Assembly: GCA_963696295.1 (NCBI GenBank)
Contig: CAVOJR010000001.1
Coordinates: 2,932,462-2,996,461, forward strand
From: an uncultured Chlamydiae bacterium
Lineage (GTDB): Bacteria; Chlamydiota; Chlamydiia; Chlamydiales; JAJFMB01
Reading direction: 5' to 3'
DNA length: 64,000 bases
Shown here: one piece after another, positions 50,865 to 60,252 of the stretch
How positions within the stretch are numbered: the first letter of the stretch is position 1
Layout of the letters: each line of letters opens with the position of its first letter
Made by a program: the position numbers and the translations under genes
The notes under the pieces: generated by a model
What the model was told of the DNA's origin: nothing
Databases searched by the model: none
Seen by the model: the letters and a program-made list of their open reading frames with translations, nothing else

Positions 50865-53207
50865 ATGATAACAGATTGTAAAATTTCCATAAATAGTTGT
50901 TCTCTCTGCGGCGCAATTTTACCGGGAAGCCCCCTGGTAGATGAAGATCGTTCTTTTTGCTGTGCCGGGTGTCTTGCAGTATTTAAAATTTTATCAAAAA
51001 AAAATGAACTTACTGGTTTTCACGAGCACCCCCTTTTTATTCAGGCAGTTAAGTCTGGTTTGATTTCCAATCCCGAACTTCTGGACCGGATCAGAAAAAA
51101 AAACTTAGACTTTCAGAAATGGCAAAAAATTTATCTGGAAGTTCAGGATATGTGGTGCCCCTCGTGCAGCGAGATCATCCGCCTCATTTTACTGCAGGAA
51201 AAGGGAGTTAAAGAGTGTGTCGTGGATTACACCACCGATCTCGCATCGATTGAGTTTGCCCCTCAGGCGATATCGAAACAGCGGCTCTTTGAGATTATCC
51301 GCTCTTTAGGCTACACTCCCCAGGATTTACAGGACAAACAGCAAAAAGCGGTTTCCTTTTCCTTAAACCTCCGTTTTATTATCGCCAGCTTTTGCGCTCT
51401 GAATGCGATGATGTTTGCCTACCCTATCTATGCCACCTATTTTAAAGGCAACGAGCATGAGTATGGGCACCTTTTTGCCGGGCTCTCTTTTTTTCTCTCT
51501 TTGCCCGTTGTCAGTTATTGCGCCTATCCCATTTTTCAGCGGTTTTTTCATGGCCTCCGATTGGGTATTTTGGGTATGGAAATGCTCGTAATGATAGGCG
51601 TCGCTTCCGCCTTCTGCCTTTCGGTGCATGAGCTTTGGCGGGGAGGATCGCATGTCTATTTTGATTCTATGACAGTTATTATTGCTTTTGTGCTGCTTGG
51701 AAAAATTATCGAGGCTAAAGCCAAATTTTCCACAAAAGACGCTCTAGTGCGCCTTTCCCTTGCGCTCCCCCGCCGCGGAAGAAAAAGGTTTAGCGATGGG
51801 AAAGCCGCCTTTGTTTCCATGAAAGAGATAGAGAAAGACGATCACATTGTGGTGATGAGCGGGGAAAAGATTGTTTTAGACGGCGAGGTGATTGAGGGGG
51901 AGGGTGCTTGTGATGAATCGCTTATGACGGGGGAGTCGCTGCCTGTCCGCAAAGGAAAGAGGGATCTGGTGATCGGGGGCACCTGTTTGCAGCAGGGTTT
52001 TTTGGTTTATCGCGTCACGCACCACCCGACCGAGACGGCCTTGCAAAAGATACTCGATGTGGTAAGTCAGGACATCGGGCATAAATCGACCTATTTGCGG
52101 GCGGTAGACCCCGTCGTACGCTGGTTTGTGCCTGCGATCGTCCTGCTGGCTATCGGTGTTGGCTTAGCTACCGATTTTGAAAGGGCTATTTCGGTGCTCC
52201 TGATCTCGTGTCCCTGCGCCATCGGGATCGCCGTCCCGCTTGCGGAGGCGGGCATGATCCATGGCATGGCGGCTCTCGGCGCTATCGTGCGAAACCGGGC
52301 CAGTTTGACCCACATCGGCAGGGAAACCTGCTTCATTTTCGATAAAACGGGCACTTTGACGGAAGGGGTGTTTCTCGTTCAGGAGGGGTTGGAGAGGCTG
52401 TCTAGGGAGGATCTCGAAGTATTGAAGGGGATGACCGCTCATTCCAACCATCTGGTTTCCGGTTCTATCCACCGGTCGATTATGGCAGACCCCAAACTGC
52501 TCACGCATTTTGAAGAAGTTGCGGGCCGGGGGCTTAGAGCCAAATTTGCAAACCGATGCTATCTGCTCGGCTCGCTCGATTTTTTGCGGGCGGAGGGCAT
52601 TGCGATGGAAGATCCGCCTTTATCAGACCATGTGAAGACCTATGTCGGTTTTGCGAAGGAAGGGGCGCTTTTAAGCCTCATAGTTCTTGGAGATGCCATT
52701 CGTAAAGAGGCTAAAGCCACCGTGATGGGGATGGGTTGCCACACTGTTTTGCTTTCAGGGGATGGGCAGGAGGCCGTGGCGCCGGTGGCAAAATTGTGCC
52801 GTTTCGAGGAGTGGTACGCTTCGCAGCGCCCCTTGCAGAAAAGAGAGTTTGTCGAGAAGAAGAAGGGGGAGGGGCACATTGTGGCTATGCTCGGCGACGG
52901 GATAAATGACGCCGCGGCATTAACTAGCGCGCATGTGGGGATTTCTGTCGTAACGGCTGCGGACATTTCGATTCAGGTATCAGATATTTTATTGACGACC
53001 GACCGGCTAAGCGCCGTCTTAGGCTTGCGGGAAATTGCCCGCAAAGGGAGGCGGATCATTAAGCAGAATTTATTTTGGGCCTTTTTTTATAATGTGATCG
53101 GTATCGGATTGGCTGTATTTGGCTGCCTGAATCCCCTGCTTTCTGCGAGCGCCATGGTATTAAGCAGTTTAATGGTGATTTTCAACGCAAACCGCCTAAA
53201 AAGATAA
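50865..53207 (+). CDS. Heavy-metal (Cu+-type) translocating P1B-type ATPase
   Basis: N-terminal Cys-rich CSLCGA...CCAGCLAVFKIL (CcoI/FixI-like metal-binding domain), HMA-like MWCPSCSEIIRLIL, TM CPC (LISCPCAIGIAVP), phosphorylation site FDKTGTLTEG and hinge GDGINDAAAL. Confidence 0.9.
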   Translation: MITDCKISINSCSLCGAILPGSPLVDEDRSFCCAGCLAVFKILSKKNELTGFHEHPLFIQAVKSGLISNPELLDRIRKKNLDFQKWQKIYLEVQDMWCPSCSEIIRLILLQEKGVKECVVDYTTDLASIEFAPQAISKQRLFEIIRSLGYTPQDLQDKQQKAVSFSLNLRFIIASFCALNAMMFAYPIYATYFKGNEHEYGHLFAGLSFFLSLPVVSYCAYPIFQRFFHGLRLGILGMEMLVMIGVASAFCLSVHELWRGGSHVYFDSMTVIIAFVLLGKIIEAKAKFSTKDALVRLSLALPRRGRKRFSDGKAAFVSMKEIEKDDHIVVMSGEKIVLDGEVIEGEGACDESLMTGESLPVRKGKRDLVIGGTCLQQGFLVYRVTHHPTETALQKILDVVSQDIGHKSTYLRAVDPVVRWFVPAIVLLAIGVGLATDFERAISVLLISCPCAIGIAVPLAEAGMIHGMAALGAIVRNRASLTHIGRETCFIFDKTGTLTEGVFLVQEGLERLSREDLEVLKGMTAHSNHLVSGSIHRSIMADPKLLTHFEEVAGRGLRAKFANRCYLLGSLDFLRAEGIAMEDPPLSDHVKTYVGFAKEGALLSLIVLGDAIRKEAKATVMGMGCHTVLLSGDGQEAVAPVAKLCRFEEWYASQRPLQKREFVEKKKGEGHIVAMLGDGINDAAALTSAHVGISVVTAADISIQVSDILLTTDRLSAVLGLREIARKGRRIIKQNLFWAFFYNVIGIGLAVFGCLNPLLSASAMVLSSLMVIFNANRLKR

Positions 53208-53369
53208 ATTTTTGCCCCCCCAAAAAAAAAGCTAGCTAAAAATGAGAATTTTCTTTACAATTTAAGGTGTTTTGGAAGTGTGTAAATACGTTCTGGTGAG
53301 TACTCATTTTAAGTTTCTCGGTTCTATTTTCCCGTTCCATATTTAATTGTTTATTTTAGGAGACCCAAA

Positions 53370-53771
53370 GTGGCTAAGAAATTATATGTAGGTAATCTAT
53401 GTCATAGCATAGATGATGAAGAGTTGAAAAAATTGTTTGAACAACATGGAACGGTCCAATCAGCACGTGTGATTATGGACAGAGAATCCGGAAGATCAAA
53501 AGGTTTTGGCTTTGTTGAAATGAGCAGCGACGCCGAGGCGAACCAAGCTATTGAAGCATTAAACGGCAAAGAAGCTAGCGGTCGTACATTGACTGTTAAC
53601 GAAGCCAGACCAAAAGAAGAGCGTCCTCCTCGTAGAGGCGGCGGCGGCTTCGGCGGCGGCGGCGGTGGCGGCGGCGGAAGAGGCAGCTTCGGCGGCGGAG
53701 ACCGTGGTGGCGAGCGCAGTGGGCGCGGCGGCGGCTTCGGTGGCGGCGGCGGCGGCGGAAGACGTTATTAA
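53370..53771 (+). CDS. RRM-domain RNA-binding protein with a Gly/Arg-rich C-terminal tail
   Basis: GTG start after AGGAGA. RNP2 LYVGNL, RNP1 KGFGFVEM. The tail reads [47 protein letters not shown]. Confidence 0.88.
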   Translation: MAKKLYVGNLCHSIDDEELKKLFEQHGTVQSARVIMDRESGRSKGFGFVEMSSDAEANQAIEALNGKEASGRTLTVNEARPKEERPPRRGGGGFGGGGGGGGGRGSFGGGDRGGERSGRGGGFGGGGGGGRRY

Positions 53772-53781
53772 TCTTCCCCTT

Positions 53782-53820
53782 GATGTTCCCAACTTCTTGT
53801 TGGGAACATCTAATTCTTTT
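53782..53820 (+). terminator. Intrinsic terminator of the RRM-protein gene
   Basis: 12-bp perfect stem GATGTTCCCAAC-ttctt-GTTGGGAACATC followed by TAATTCTTTT. Confidence 0.8.
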
Positions 53821-53853
53821 CAGCTAATTCCCAAAAAACTTTCAAAGAAATGT

Positions 53854-54160
53854 ATCACAAGAAGCCTTTACTTAAGGCGATCACGTCAAAAGACGACGAA
53901 AAAACTGAAATAAATCACAAGAAGCCTTTACTTAAGGCGATCATGTCAAAAGAAATCGTCGAAAAAACTGAAATAAATCACTAGAAGCCTTTGCTTAAGG
54001 CGACCATCACGTCAAAAGAAATCGACGAAAAAACTGAAATAAATCACTAGAAGCCTTTGCTTAAGGCGATCATCACGTCAAAAGAAATCGACGAAAAAAC
54101 AAATAAATCAATAGAAGCCTTTGCTTAAGGCGATCATGTCAAAAGAAATCAACGTGATGA
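53854..54160. repeat. Five tandem units of 60-66 bp downstream of tdh
   Basis: ATCAC(A/T)AGAAGCCTTT(A/G)CTTAAGGCGA... starts at 53854, 53914, 53977, 54043 and 54107. The units contain a GATCAT(G/C)ACGTCAAA(A)G motif that matches tdh codons near its stop. The flanking stretch 54150-54185 is a deleted copy of tdh sequence 54283-54345. Confidence 0.9.
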
Positions 54161-54202
54161 GCTGCGCTTTCGAGCAAACTCACCACCTTTCTAGAGGAAG
54201 GC

Positions 54203-55228
54203 TTATGACCAATTCAGAATGATTTTTCCAGAATTACCGGAGATCATGACGTCAAAGCCTTGCTGAAATTGTTCGAAATCAAAGTGATGAGTTATGATCG
54301 GAGCCAGGTTGAATCCGCTTTCGAGCAAATTCACCATTTTAAACCAAGTGGAAAATATTTCCCTTCCGTAAATTCCTTTAATCATGAGCATTTTAAAGAT
54401 TACCAGATCCCAGTCGATCACGCATCCCGGAGGAAGAATACCAAGCAGGGCAATATGGGCGCCCTGGCGCGCTTTTTCAAGAAGTGTGGACAACCCTTTT
54501 GGCGAGCCGGACATTTCAAAGCCGACTGTGAATCCGTGGTGAATCCCGATAGAGGTCATGACATCGTCAAGATTTGCCTTGGAGACGTTGATGCCGTTGT
54601 CAACGCCCATTTTCCGCGCTAAATCCAGACGGTAATCGTTGATGTCGGTGATGACGACTTTATGCGAGCCCGCATGTTCGGCAATGGCGGCTGCCATAAT
54701 GCCGATGGGGCCTGCGCCGGTGACCAAAACATCTTCGCCGAGGAGATTGAACGATCCGGCAGTATGCATGGCATTGCCGAAGGGATCGAAAATAGCGGCG
54801 AGATCATCGCTGATGGTAGCGGGAATGGGGAAGACATTTTCAGCGGGTATGGCAAAGTATTCGGCAAAGCAGCCGTGCCGATGGACGCCGACGCCGAGGG
54901 TGTTCATGCAAAGATGGCGTTGGCCGTTTTTGCAAGGAGGGCACTTGCCGCAAGTAATATGCCCTTCGCCGCTGACGCGCATGCCAGGTTCCAGGCCTTT
55001 GACGTTTTTGCCGACCTCAGCGATCTCGCCCATGAATTCGTGGCCGATGACCATGGGGACAGGGATAGTTTTTTTTGCCCAATCATCCCACTTGTAGATA
55101 TGGACATCGGTGCCGCAGATCGAGGTTTTTTTCGTTTTGATAAGGACTTCATGGTCTTGGAGTTTGGGTACAGGAACCTCTTCCAGCCACAAGCCGACTT
55201 TTGCTTCTTTTTTAACAAGTGCCTTCAT
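54203..55228 (-). CDS. tdh: L-threonine 3-dehydrogenase (Zn-dependent MDR family)
   Basis: [23 protein letters not shown]...[16 protein letters not shown]...[12 protein letters not shown], structural-zinc Cys cluster [15 protein letters not shown] and [14 protein letters not shown] at 55228. Confidence 0.9.
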   Translation of the reverse strand: MKALVKKEAKVGLWLEEVPVPKLQDHEVLIKTKKTSICGTDVHIYKWDDWAKKTIPVPMVIGHEFMGEIAEVGKNVKGLEPGMRVSGEGHITCGKCPPCKNGQRHLCMNTLGVGVHRHGCFAEYFAIPAENVFPIPATISDDLAAIFDPFGNAMHTAGSFNLLGEDVLVTGAGPIGIMAAAIAEHAGSHKVVITDINDYRLDLARKMGVDNGINVSKANLDDVMTSIGIHHGFTVGFEMSGSPKGLSTLLEKARQGAHIALLGILPPGCVIDWDLVIFKMLMIKGIYGREIFSTWFKMVNLLESGFNLAPIITHHFDFEQFQQGFDVMISGNSGKIILNWS

Positions 55229-55364
55229 TGTACATCTCAAATTTTGTTTTGATAAGTAATTATAGTCTAAAAGACTTTTAAAAAACAGGAAAAAATAAGC
55301 TGCTCAGGGAAATGGTTGTAAAAAAAAGATAGACTTGATAAAAAGTAAATTTTAAGGAGTCATC

Positions 55365-55946
55365 ATGAGAAAATTATTTTTTATATTTTGTCTGTTTCCA
55401 TTTTTTGTCAACGCCTCTTGCCTTTTGCCTGAATTAAAGGTGAGTTATTACCGGTTCAACTCCAGTCTGCTACGAGATATTTATGGCGGCGGGGCGCCCC
55501 TGATTCAGGGAGAAATCAATTATAACCCGTGCAAGTATCTGCTTGTTTTTGCCGACGTCGGCTATCTTTGGAAAAATGGCCGCTCTATTAACTTTCACCA
55601 AAGAACAAGGATCGAGATTTTTCCCTGGACGCTCGGGGCAAAGTGTTTCTATCCTTTTCGCTATGGTTCGGTGTATGCGGGCGGCGGATTCCGCACCTCA
55701 ACGCTCAGCGTTCACAACAAATCCTGCTATGTGCAGCGGAATGTTCACAAAACAGAGCTTGGCGGGGTGATAAACGCCGGAGCCAATCTTTGCTGGAAAC
55801 GATTTGTGTTCAACCCCTTCGTCGAATACAACTTTAATCGTATGAGCTTTCACAGAAACCAGGAAGATATTGAGCGCAATATTTATAGGCACGATTTGCA
55901 AATCGGGGGCTGGGCGTTTGGCGGGGGATTAGGCTATGCCTTTTAA
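55365..55946 (+). CDS. Small outer-membrane beta-barrel protein candidate (about 8 strands)
   Basis: Signal peptide MRKLFFIFCLFPFFVNASC, alternating amphipathic strands and a C-terminal GGGLGYAF. Confidence 0.55.
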   Translation: MRKLFFIFCLFPFFVNASCLLPELKVSYYRFNSSLLRDIYGGGAPLIQGEINYNPCKYLLVFADVGYLWKNGRSINFHQRTRIEIFPWTLGAKCFYPFRYGSVYAGGGFRTSTLSVHNKSCYVQRNVHKTELGGVINAGANLCWKRFVFNPFVEYNFNRMSFHRNQEDIERNIYRHDLQIGGWAFGGGLGYAF

Positions 55947-56373
55947 GAAAGTGCCCGGATGGCTGAAAGAATTTAAGGATTTTGCCTTAAGGGGCAATAT
56001 GATTGATCTGGCCATCGGCATTATCCTCGGCGCCTCGTTTGGAAGGGTGGTTAACTCGCTTGTTAACGACATCATCATGCCTCCTTTGGGGTTATTGATC
56101 GGAGGAGTCGATTTCAGCGCGTTATCTATTAAACTCGGCCTTCCGGTAGGTCATGCTAAGCCGGTTGAGATCAAATACGGTCTTTTTATCAACCAGATCA
56201 TTGACCTTCTGATCGTCTCCGCCGCCATCTTTTTCCTGGTCAAACTCATGAACCGCCTCTACAAAAAAGAGGAAGAAAAAACGACCGTAGACTGCCCTGA
56301 GTGCCTGATGGCCATTCCGACTAAAGCGAAAAAATGCGGCCACTGCGGATCGAATATTGTTGAAAAGACCTGA
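55936..56373 (+). CDS. mscL: Large-conductance mechanosensitive channel MscL with a C-terminal CxxC...CxxC zinc-ribbon-like tail
   Basis: LKEFKDFALRGNMIDLAIGIILGASFGRVVNSLVNDIIMPPLGLLIGGVDFS is canonical MscL. The tail reads DCPECLMAIPTKAKKCGHCGS. Confidence 0.9.
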   Translation: MPFKKVPGWLKEFKDFALRGNMIDLAIGIILGASFGRVVNSLVNDIIMPPLGLLIGGVDFSALSIKLGLPVGHAKPVEIKYGLFINQIIDLLIVSAAIFFLVKLMNRLYKKEEEKTTVDCPECLMAIPTKAKKCGHCGSNIVEKT

Positions 56374-56806
56374 CTTGCAAAAATACCTCCATGACAATAT
56401 TCCCTTGTCTAAAGCCATGGGGGTTTCGGTCGCTTCTCTTTCATTAAACGAGGTGGTTCTAAAAGCCCCTCTTAGTCAAAATTTCAATCACAAGTGCACA
56501 GCTTTCGGGGGCAGTTTGAACGCTGTCGCAACTTTAGCCTGCTGGTGCCTCCTTTTTGTCAATTTGAAGCTGCAAAAGGGAAGATTTGAGATCGTGGTCG
56601 CCCAAAGCGAGATTTCCTTTTTGGAAAGCGTCCGGGACGACTTTGAAGCGACCTCCGTTATGTGCGAGAAAAGCGCCTGGGATCGCTTTGTCCACAGCCT
56701 GGAGAGAAAGAAAAAGGGGAGGGTTGTTTTGGAGGCATACATCGGGCCCGCGGCAAGACCTTTCGTCAAATTCAAAGGAACTTTTGCCGCTATTTCTATG
56801 AATTGA
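56357..56806 (+). CDS. YiiD_C/hotdog-fold thioesterase-like protein
   Basis: LQKYLHDNIPLSKAMGVSVASL...NHKCTAFGGSLNAVATLACW resembles the putative-thioesterase YiiD C-terminal domain. It has a non-ATG (TTG) start that overlaps the end of mscL. Confidence 0.55.
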   Translation: MLKRPDLQKYLHDNIPLSKAMGVSVASLSLNEVVLKAPLSQNFNHKCTAFGGSLNAVATLACWCLLFVNLKLQKGRFEIVVAQSEISFLESVRDDFEATSVMCEKSAWDRFVHSLERKKKGRVVLEAYIGPAARPFVKFKGTFAAISMN

Positions 56807-56874
56807 TTTTCCTCTTTCAAACTTACCCGAAAATCGTCTATACTTAACCCAATTATTTCATTTTAGGGTATTCT

Positions 56875-57804
56875 ATGAAGCTGCTTCTTTCTAAGCCAAG
56901 AGGCTTTTGCGCAGGGGTTGTGCGAGCTATTGAGACGGTCGAAAAAGCTCTAAAGCTTTGGGGTTCACCCATCTATGTCAAGCACGAAATCGTCCATAAC
57001 CGGCACGTAGTGGACCGCTTAAAGAAAATGGGAGCTATCTTTATCGAGGATGTGGACTCTGTACCCGAGGGGGGCCGCCTGATCTACTCCGCCCATGGAG
57101 TTTCCCCCGAAGTTAGAGAGCATGCTAAAAAACGCAGCTTGATTGAAATCGACGCCACCTGCGGTCTGGTCACCCGCGTCCACTCAGCCGTTAAGCGCTT
57201 TGCCGAAAAAGGGTATAAAATCATTTTGATCGGACACCGTACCCATGTGGAAATCATTGGAACCGCCGGTGAAGCTCCCGAGGTGACGACGATCGTGGAA
57301 GACGCTTCGGATGTAGAAGCCTTAAATTTCGATCCGGATGAAAAAATATTTTACATTACTCAGACCACGTTAAGCCTGGATGATGTCAAAGAGATCACCT
57401 CAGCCTTGATCAGCAAATATCCCCGCGTGGAAACGCTGCCCAGCTCGTCGATTTGCTACGCAACCACAAATCGGCAGATGGCTCTGGGAAGCATTATTCA
57501 GGAGACCGATCTCATTTTAGTCGTCGGCGATCCGCAAAGCTCAAACTCAAACCGCTTGCGGGAGCTTGGCTCCAAGCGCTCAGTGCCCTCTTACCTTATC
57601 AATAATGAAAATGAAATTGAGCCTTGCTGGTTTGAGGGTGTCTCGACCATCGGTTTAACGGCCGGCGCTTCTACGCCCGAAGAGATCGTCCAAAGCTGCA
57701 TCAAGCGTCTTATGGAGTTAGGGGTTAATGAAGTTCAAGATGTTGAGTTCGTCAAAGAAGATGTGATGTTTCAATTGCCAAAACAAGTGCTCCAGGAGGC
57801 CTGA
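56875..57804 (+). CDS. ispH: 4-hydroxy-3-methylbut-2-enyl diphosphate reductase
   Basis: MKLLLSKPRGFCAGVVRAIETVEKAL..., IVHNRHVV, AHGVSP, ATCGLVTRVH, QTTLS and ICYATTNRQ. Confidence 0.93.
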   Translation: MKLLLSKPRGFCAGVVRAIETVEKALKLWGSPIYVKHEIVHNRHVVDRLKKMGAIFIEDVDSVPEGGRLIYSAHGVSPEVREHAKKRSLIEIDATCGLVTRVHSAVKRFAEKGYKIILIGHRTHVEIIGTAGEAPEVTTIVEDASDVEALNFDPDEKIFYITQTTLSLDDVKEITSALISKYPRVETLPSSSICYATTNRQMALGSIIQETDLILVVGDPQSSNSNRLRELGSKRSVPSYLINNENEIEPCWFEGVSTIGLTAGASTPEEIVQSCIKRLMELGVNEVQDVEFVKEDVMFQLPKQVLQEA

Positions 57805-58766
57805 TGTCCCCTTTACTTTGGAAATGCGGATTATGTTTGCTCCCCTTCCTTACCTTCTCAAATGCGGTTGGTATTCTTTGCAATTTTGGGCTGCAGACGG
57901 AAGCGACCCTCGGCTGGCGCGAAGACAGCGCCAATTGGAGCATACCGGGACATACTGAAGAAGATCCCGATATTGTCTCTGAAGTATCCTGGAAAGACCT
58001 GCGGATGATTCAAATCGGAGCGAATGCCAGACTTTGCGGTCTGGGGAATCTCTATGCCAGAGCTTTTGCCGATTATGCCTGGATTTATCATGGAATCAAC
58101 CGCGATTCAGACTTTTGGAGCCGGGAAAAAATTCAGGAGTTTTGCCGTTCGATCAATGATGCCGGCAAAGGGGAAACCTACGATATTTCGGCTTGCCTTG
58201 GTATTCCGATTATCCGGACCAGCGGCCTCACGATCGTTCCCGTGGGCGGTTATGCCTATATGCAGCAGCATCTGCATATGTTTGATGGTAAGCAAGTTAT
58301 ATGTTTGGAAAACCCGAGTCTCGAAGGTCAGAAAATTGAAAATCTAGACAGCAAATATCACAATCGCTGGAAGGGGCCCTGGACGGGATTGGATGTCATC
58401 CTGTGCCTGGGATGCCTGACAGTAGAAGGAGAGTGGGAGTACCATTGGACCCATTTTTTTGGAAAAGGGGATTGGAATTTGCGAAATGACCTCGCGAGCA
58501 GCTTTTACGATCAGGCAAACGGTCATGGGACCCGCTATAATCTGCGTCTGCTCTATTCCCTGTGGAACTGCTTATCCTTTGGACTCGGCGCCGATTATTG
58601 GGAATTTCAGGCTCATGACGGAAAGTCGGAAGTCGCCGTTCCGGTTCACCTGGTGAATAGCGAAGGGGAGATTTTGCAAACTTACGAGCAATGGGTCCAA
58701 TTCGGCTTTAGGGAGGTTAATTGGCGCTCCTTTCGCATCAACGGAGTCGTTTCCTTAAGTTTTTAA
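57804..58766 (+). CDS. Signal-peptide protein, probable outer-membrane beta-barrel
   Basis: N-terminal hydrophobic leader MSPLLWKCGLCLLPFLTFSNA, a Trp/Tyr-rich alternating pattern and a C-terminal INGVVSLSF. The start overlaps the ispH stop. Confidence 0.45.
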   Translation: MSPLLWKCGLCLLPFLTFSNAVGILCNFGLQTEATLGWREDSANWSIPGHTEEDPDIVSEVSWKDLRMIQIGANARLCGLGNLYARAFADYAWIYHGINRDSDFWSREKIQEFCRSINDAGKGETYDISACLGIPIIRTSGLTIVPVGGYAYMQQHLHMFDGKQVICLENPSLEGQKIENLDSKYHNRWKGPWTGLDVILCLGCLTVEGEWEYHWTHFFGKGDWNLRNDLASSFYDQANGHGTRYNLRLLYSLWNCLSFGLGADYWEFQAHDGKSEVAVPVHLVNSEGEILQTYEQWVQFGFREVNWRSFRINGVVSLSF

Positions 58767-58803
58767 CTAGACAAAGCAAAACTTTTCTATTAATGTCTGA
58801 TTT

Positions 58804-59787
58804 ATGGAGTTTACCAAGATTCAAAACATTAATATCAAGGTTTCAAGAGTCGGATTGGGCACTTGGGCCATGGGCGGATGGATGTGGGGCGGTACCGATG
58901 AAAAGGAAGCCATCGCAACTATCCACCGCGCTTTAGACCTCGGCGTGAATCTCATTGACACCGCCGCAGTGTATGGATTTGGAACTTCTGAAGAAATTGT
59001 CGGAAAAGCCCTGAAGCTATACGGAAAAAGGCAGAATATTGTCATAGCCACTAAAGGGGGAGTCAGCTGGAAAGATCAGAAAGTCTTCCGCGATGGCAGA
59101 AAGGAAACCTTGAAAAAGGAAATAGAACTCTCCTTAAAAAGGTTGCAAGTTGACACTATCGATCTTTACCAGCTTCATTGGCCCGATCCCTTAATCCCTA
59201 TTCAGGAATCCGCCGAAGCGCTCCATCAGATATTAAAAGAGGGGAAAATACGCGCAGTCGGCGTTAGCAACCTCTCTTCGGCACAAATGGATGAATTCCG
59301 TAAACATTCCCCCCTTTCCGCGCTTCAATCTCCCTACAACCTGTTTGAAAGAGAAATAGAAGATAAAGAACTCGCCTATTGCCAAAAAAATGGGATCGCC
59401 ACATTAGGATACGGCTCTTTATGCCGAGGGCTTTTGTCGGGAAAAATGGACCAGCATAAGAAATTCGAGGGGGATGACCTGCGTAAAGTCGATCCTAAAT
59501 TTCAGGAACCCCGATTCTCCGAATACCTTCGATGCACAAAAAAATTGGAAAAATGGGCGAAAGAAAAGCACAACAAATCTCTTTTGGCTCTTGCCATCCG
59601 CTGGGTCCTCGACAAAGGCATCAGCGTAGCCCTTTGGGGTGCAAGGCGTCCAGATCAGATGGATGGAGTGGAAGAGATAAGCGGCTGGAAATTAACCCCT
59701 GCCGACATGGCTGAAATCGATCAGATTCTCCTGGAATCGATTAGATCTCCGGTCGGGCCGGAGTTTATGGCTCCCCCTTCCCGCTAA
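58804..59787 (+). CDS. Aldo/keto reductase family oxidoreductase
   Basis: GLGTWAMGG, IDTAAVYG, TKGG, DLYQLHWPD and GVSN are AKR catalytic-tetrad context motifs. Confidence 0.88.
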   Translation: MEFTKIQNINIKVSRVGLGTWAMGGWMWGGTDEKEAIATIHRALDLGVNLIDTAAVYGFGTSEEIVGKALKLYGKRQNIVIATKGGVSWKDQKVFRDGRKETLKKEIELSLKRLQVDTIDLYQLHWPDPLIPIQESAEALHQILKEGKIRAVGVSNLSSAQMDEFRKHSPLSALQSPYNLFEREIEDKELAYCQKNGIATLGYGSLCRGLLSGKMDQHKKFEGDDLRKVDPKFQEPRFSEYLRCTKKLEKWAKEKHNKSLLALAIRWVLDKGISVALWGARRPDQMDGVEEISGWKLTPADMAEIDQILLESIRSPVGPEFMAPPSR

Positions 59788-60173
59788 TTTTTGGGAAATT
59801 CCTCTATATGCTGCTCCCCATACCTTCCAAAATAAACGGCTTTTTTCCCTGTAAGAAAAACCATATAACTGATGATTCCCGAATCCATGATCTTTCTAAG
59901 GAACTCCTGATAATTGATCTGTCCTGATTGAATTTGCCGGATGGCCCCTTTCACCCCTTCTGCACTAAAAATGGAAGAGACTTCCCTTTTGGATGCAAAA
60001 GAGAAATTCACTGTATACGCTTCATTTTTAGAGTAATACGTTTTTATAGACGCCAGTAGGTCGGCATAGTACAGCTCGATCCCCCCTTCAACCAGGCGGC
60101 GCACAGATTCTGGAAAGGTGATCTTTCCTTCATCGGAAAGGACCGTGCATTCTTTGACAACTTGATAATTCAT
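59784..60173 (-). CDS. DUF1398-family protein
   Basis: FPESVRRLVEGGIELYYADL..., GAIRQIQSGQINYQEFLRKIMDSGI..Y.V...GKKAVYFGRYGE matches my recollection of the DUF1398 pattern. Confidence 0.55.
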   Translation of the reverse strand: MNYQVVKECTVLSDEGKITFPESVRRLVEGGIELYYADLLASIKTYYSKNEAYTVNFSFASKREVSSIFSAEGVKGAIRQIQSGQINYQEFLRKIMDSGIISYMVFLTGKKAVYFGRYGEQHIEEFPKN

Positions 60174-60252
60174 TTTGTTTCTCCAAAATTCTCACTAGAT
60201 TATACAGGTATACCACGATACATAAATTTTGGAAATAGCTTGATTTCTTCGA

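Noticed and set aside
53559-53913. Poly-Ala ORFs on both strands (53559-53792 minus, 53665-53913 plus).
   Set aside because: They are alternative-frame readings of the GGC-rich tract that encodes the Gly-rich tail of the RRM protein.
53854-54160. Possible CRISPR-like array downstream of the RRM gene.
   Set aside because: The whole 60-66-bp unit repeats, with no spacers. The units are homologous to the 3' end of the adjacent tdh gene, so this is a degenerate tandem duplication.
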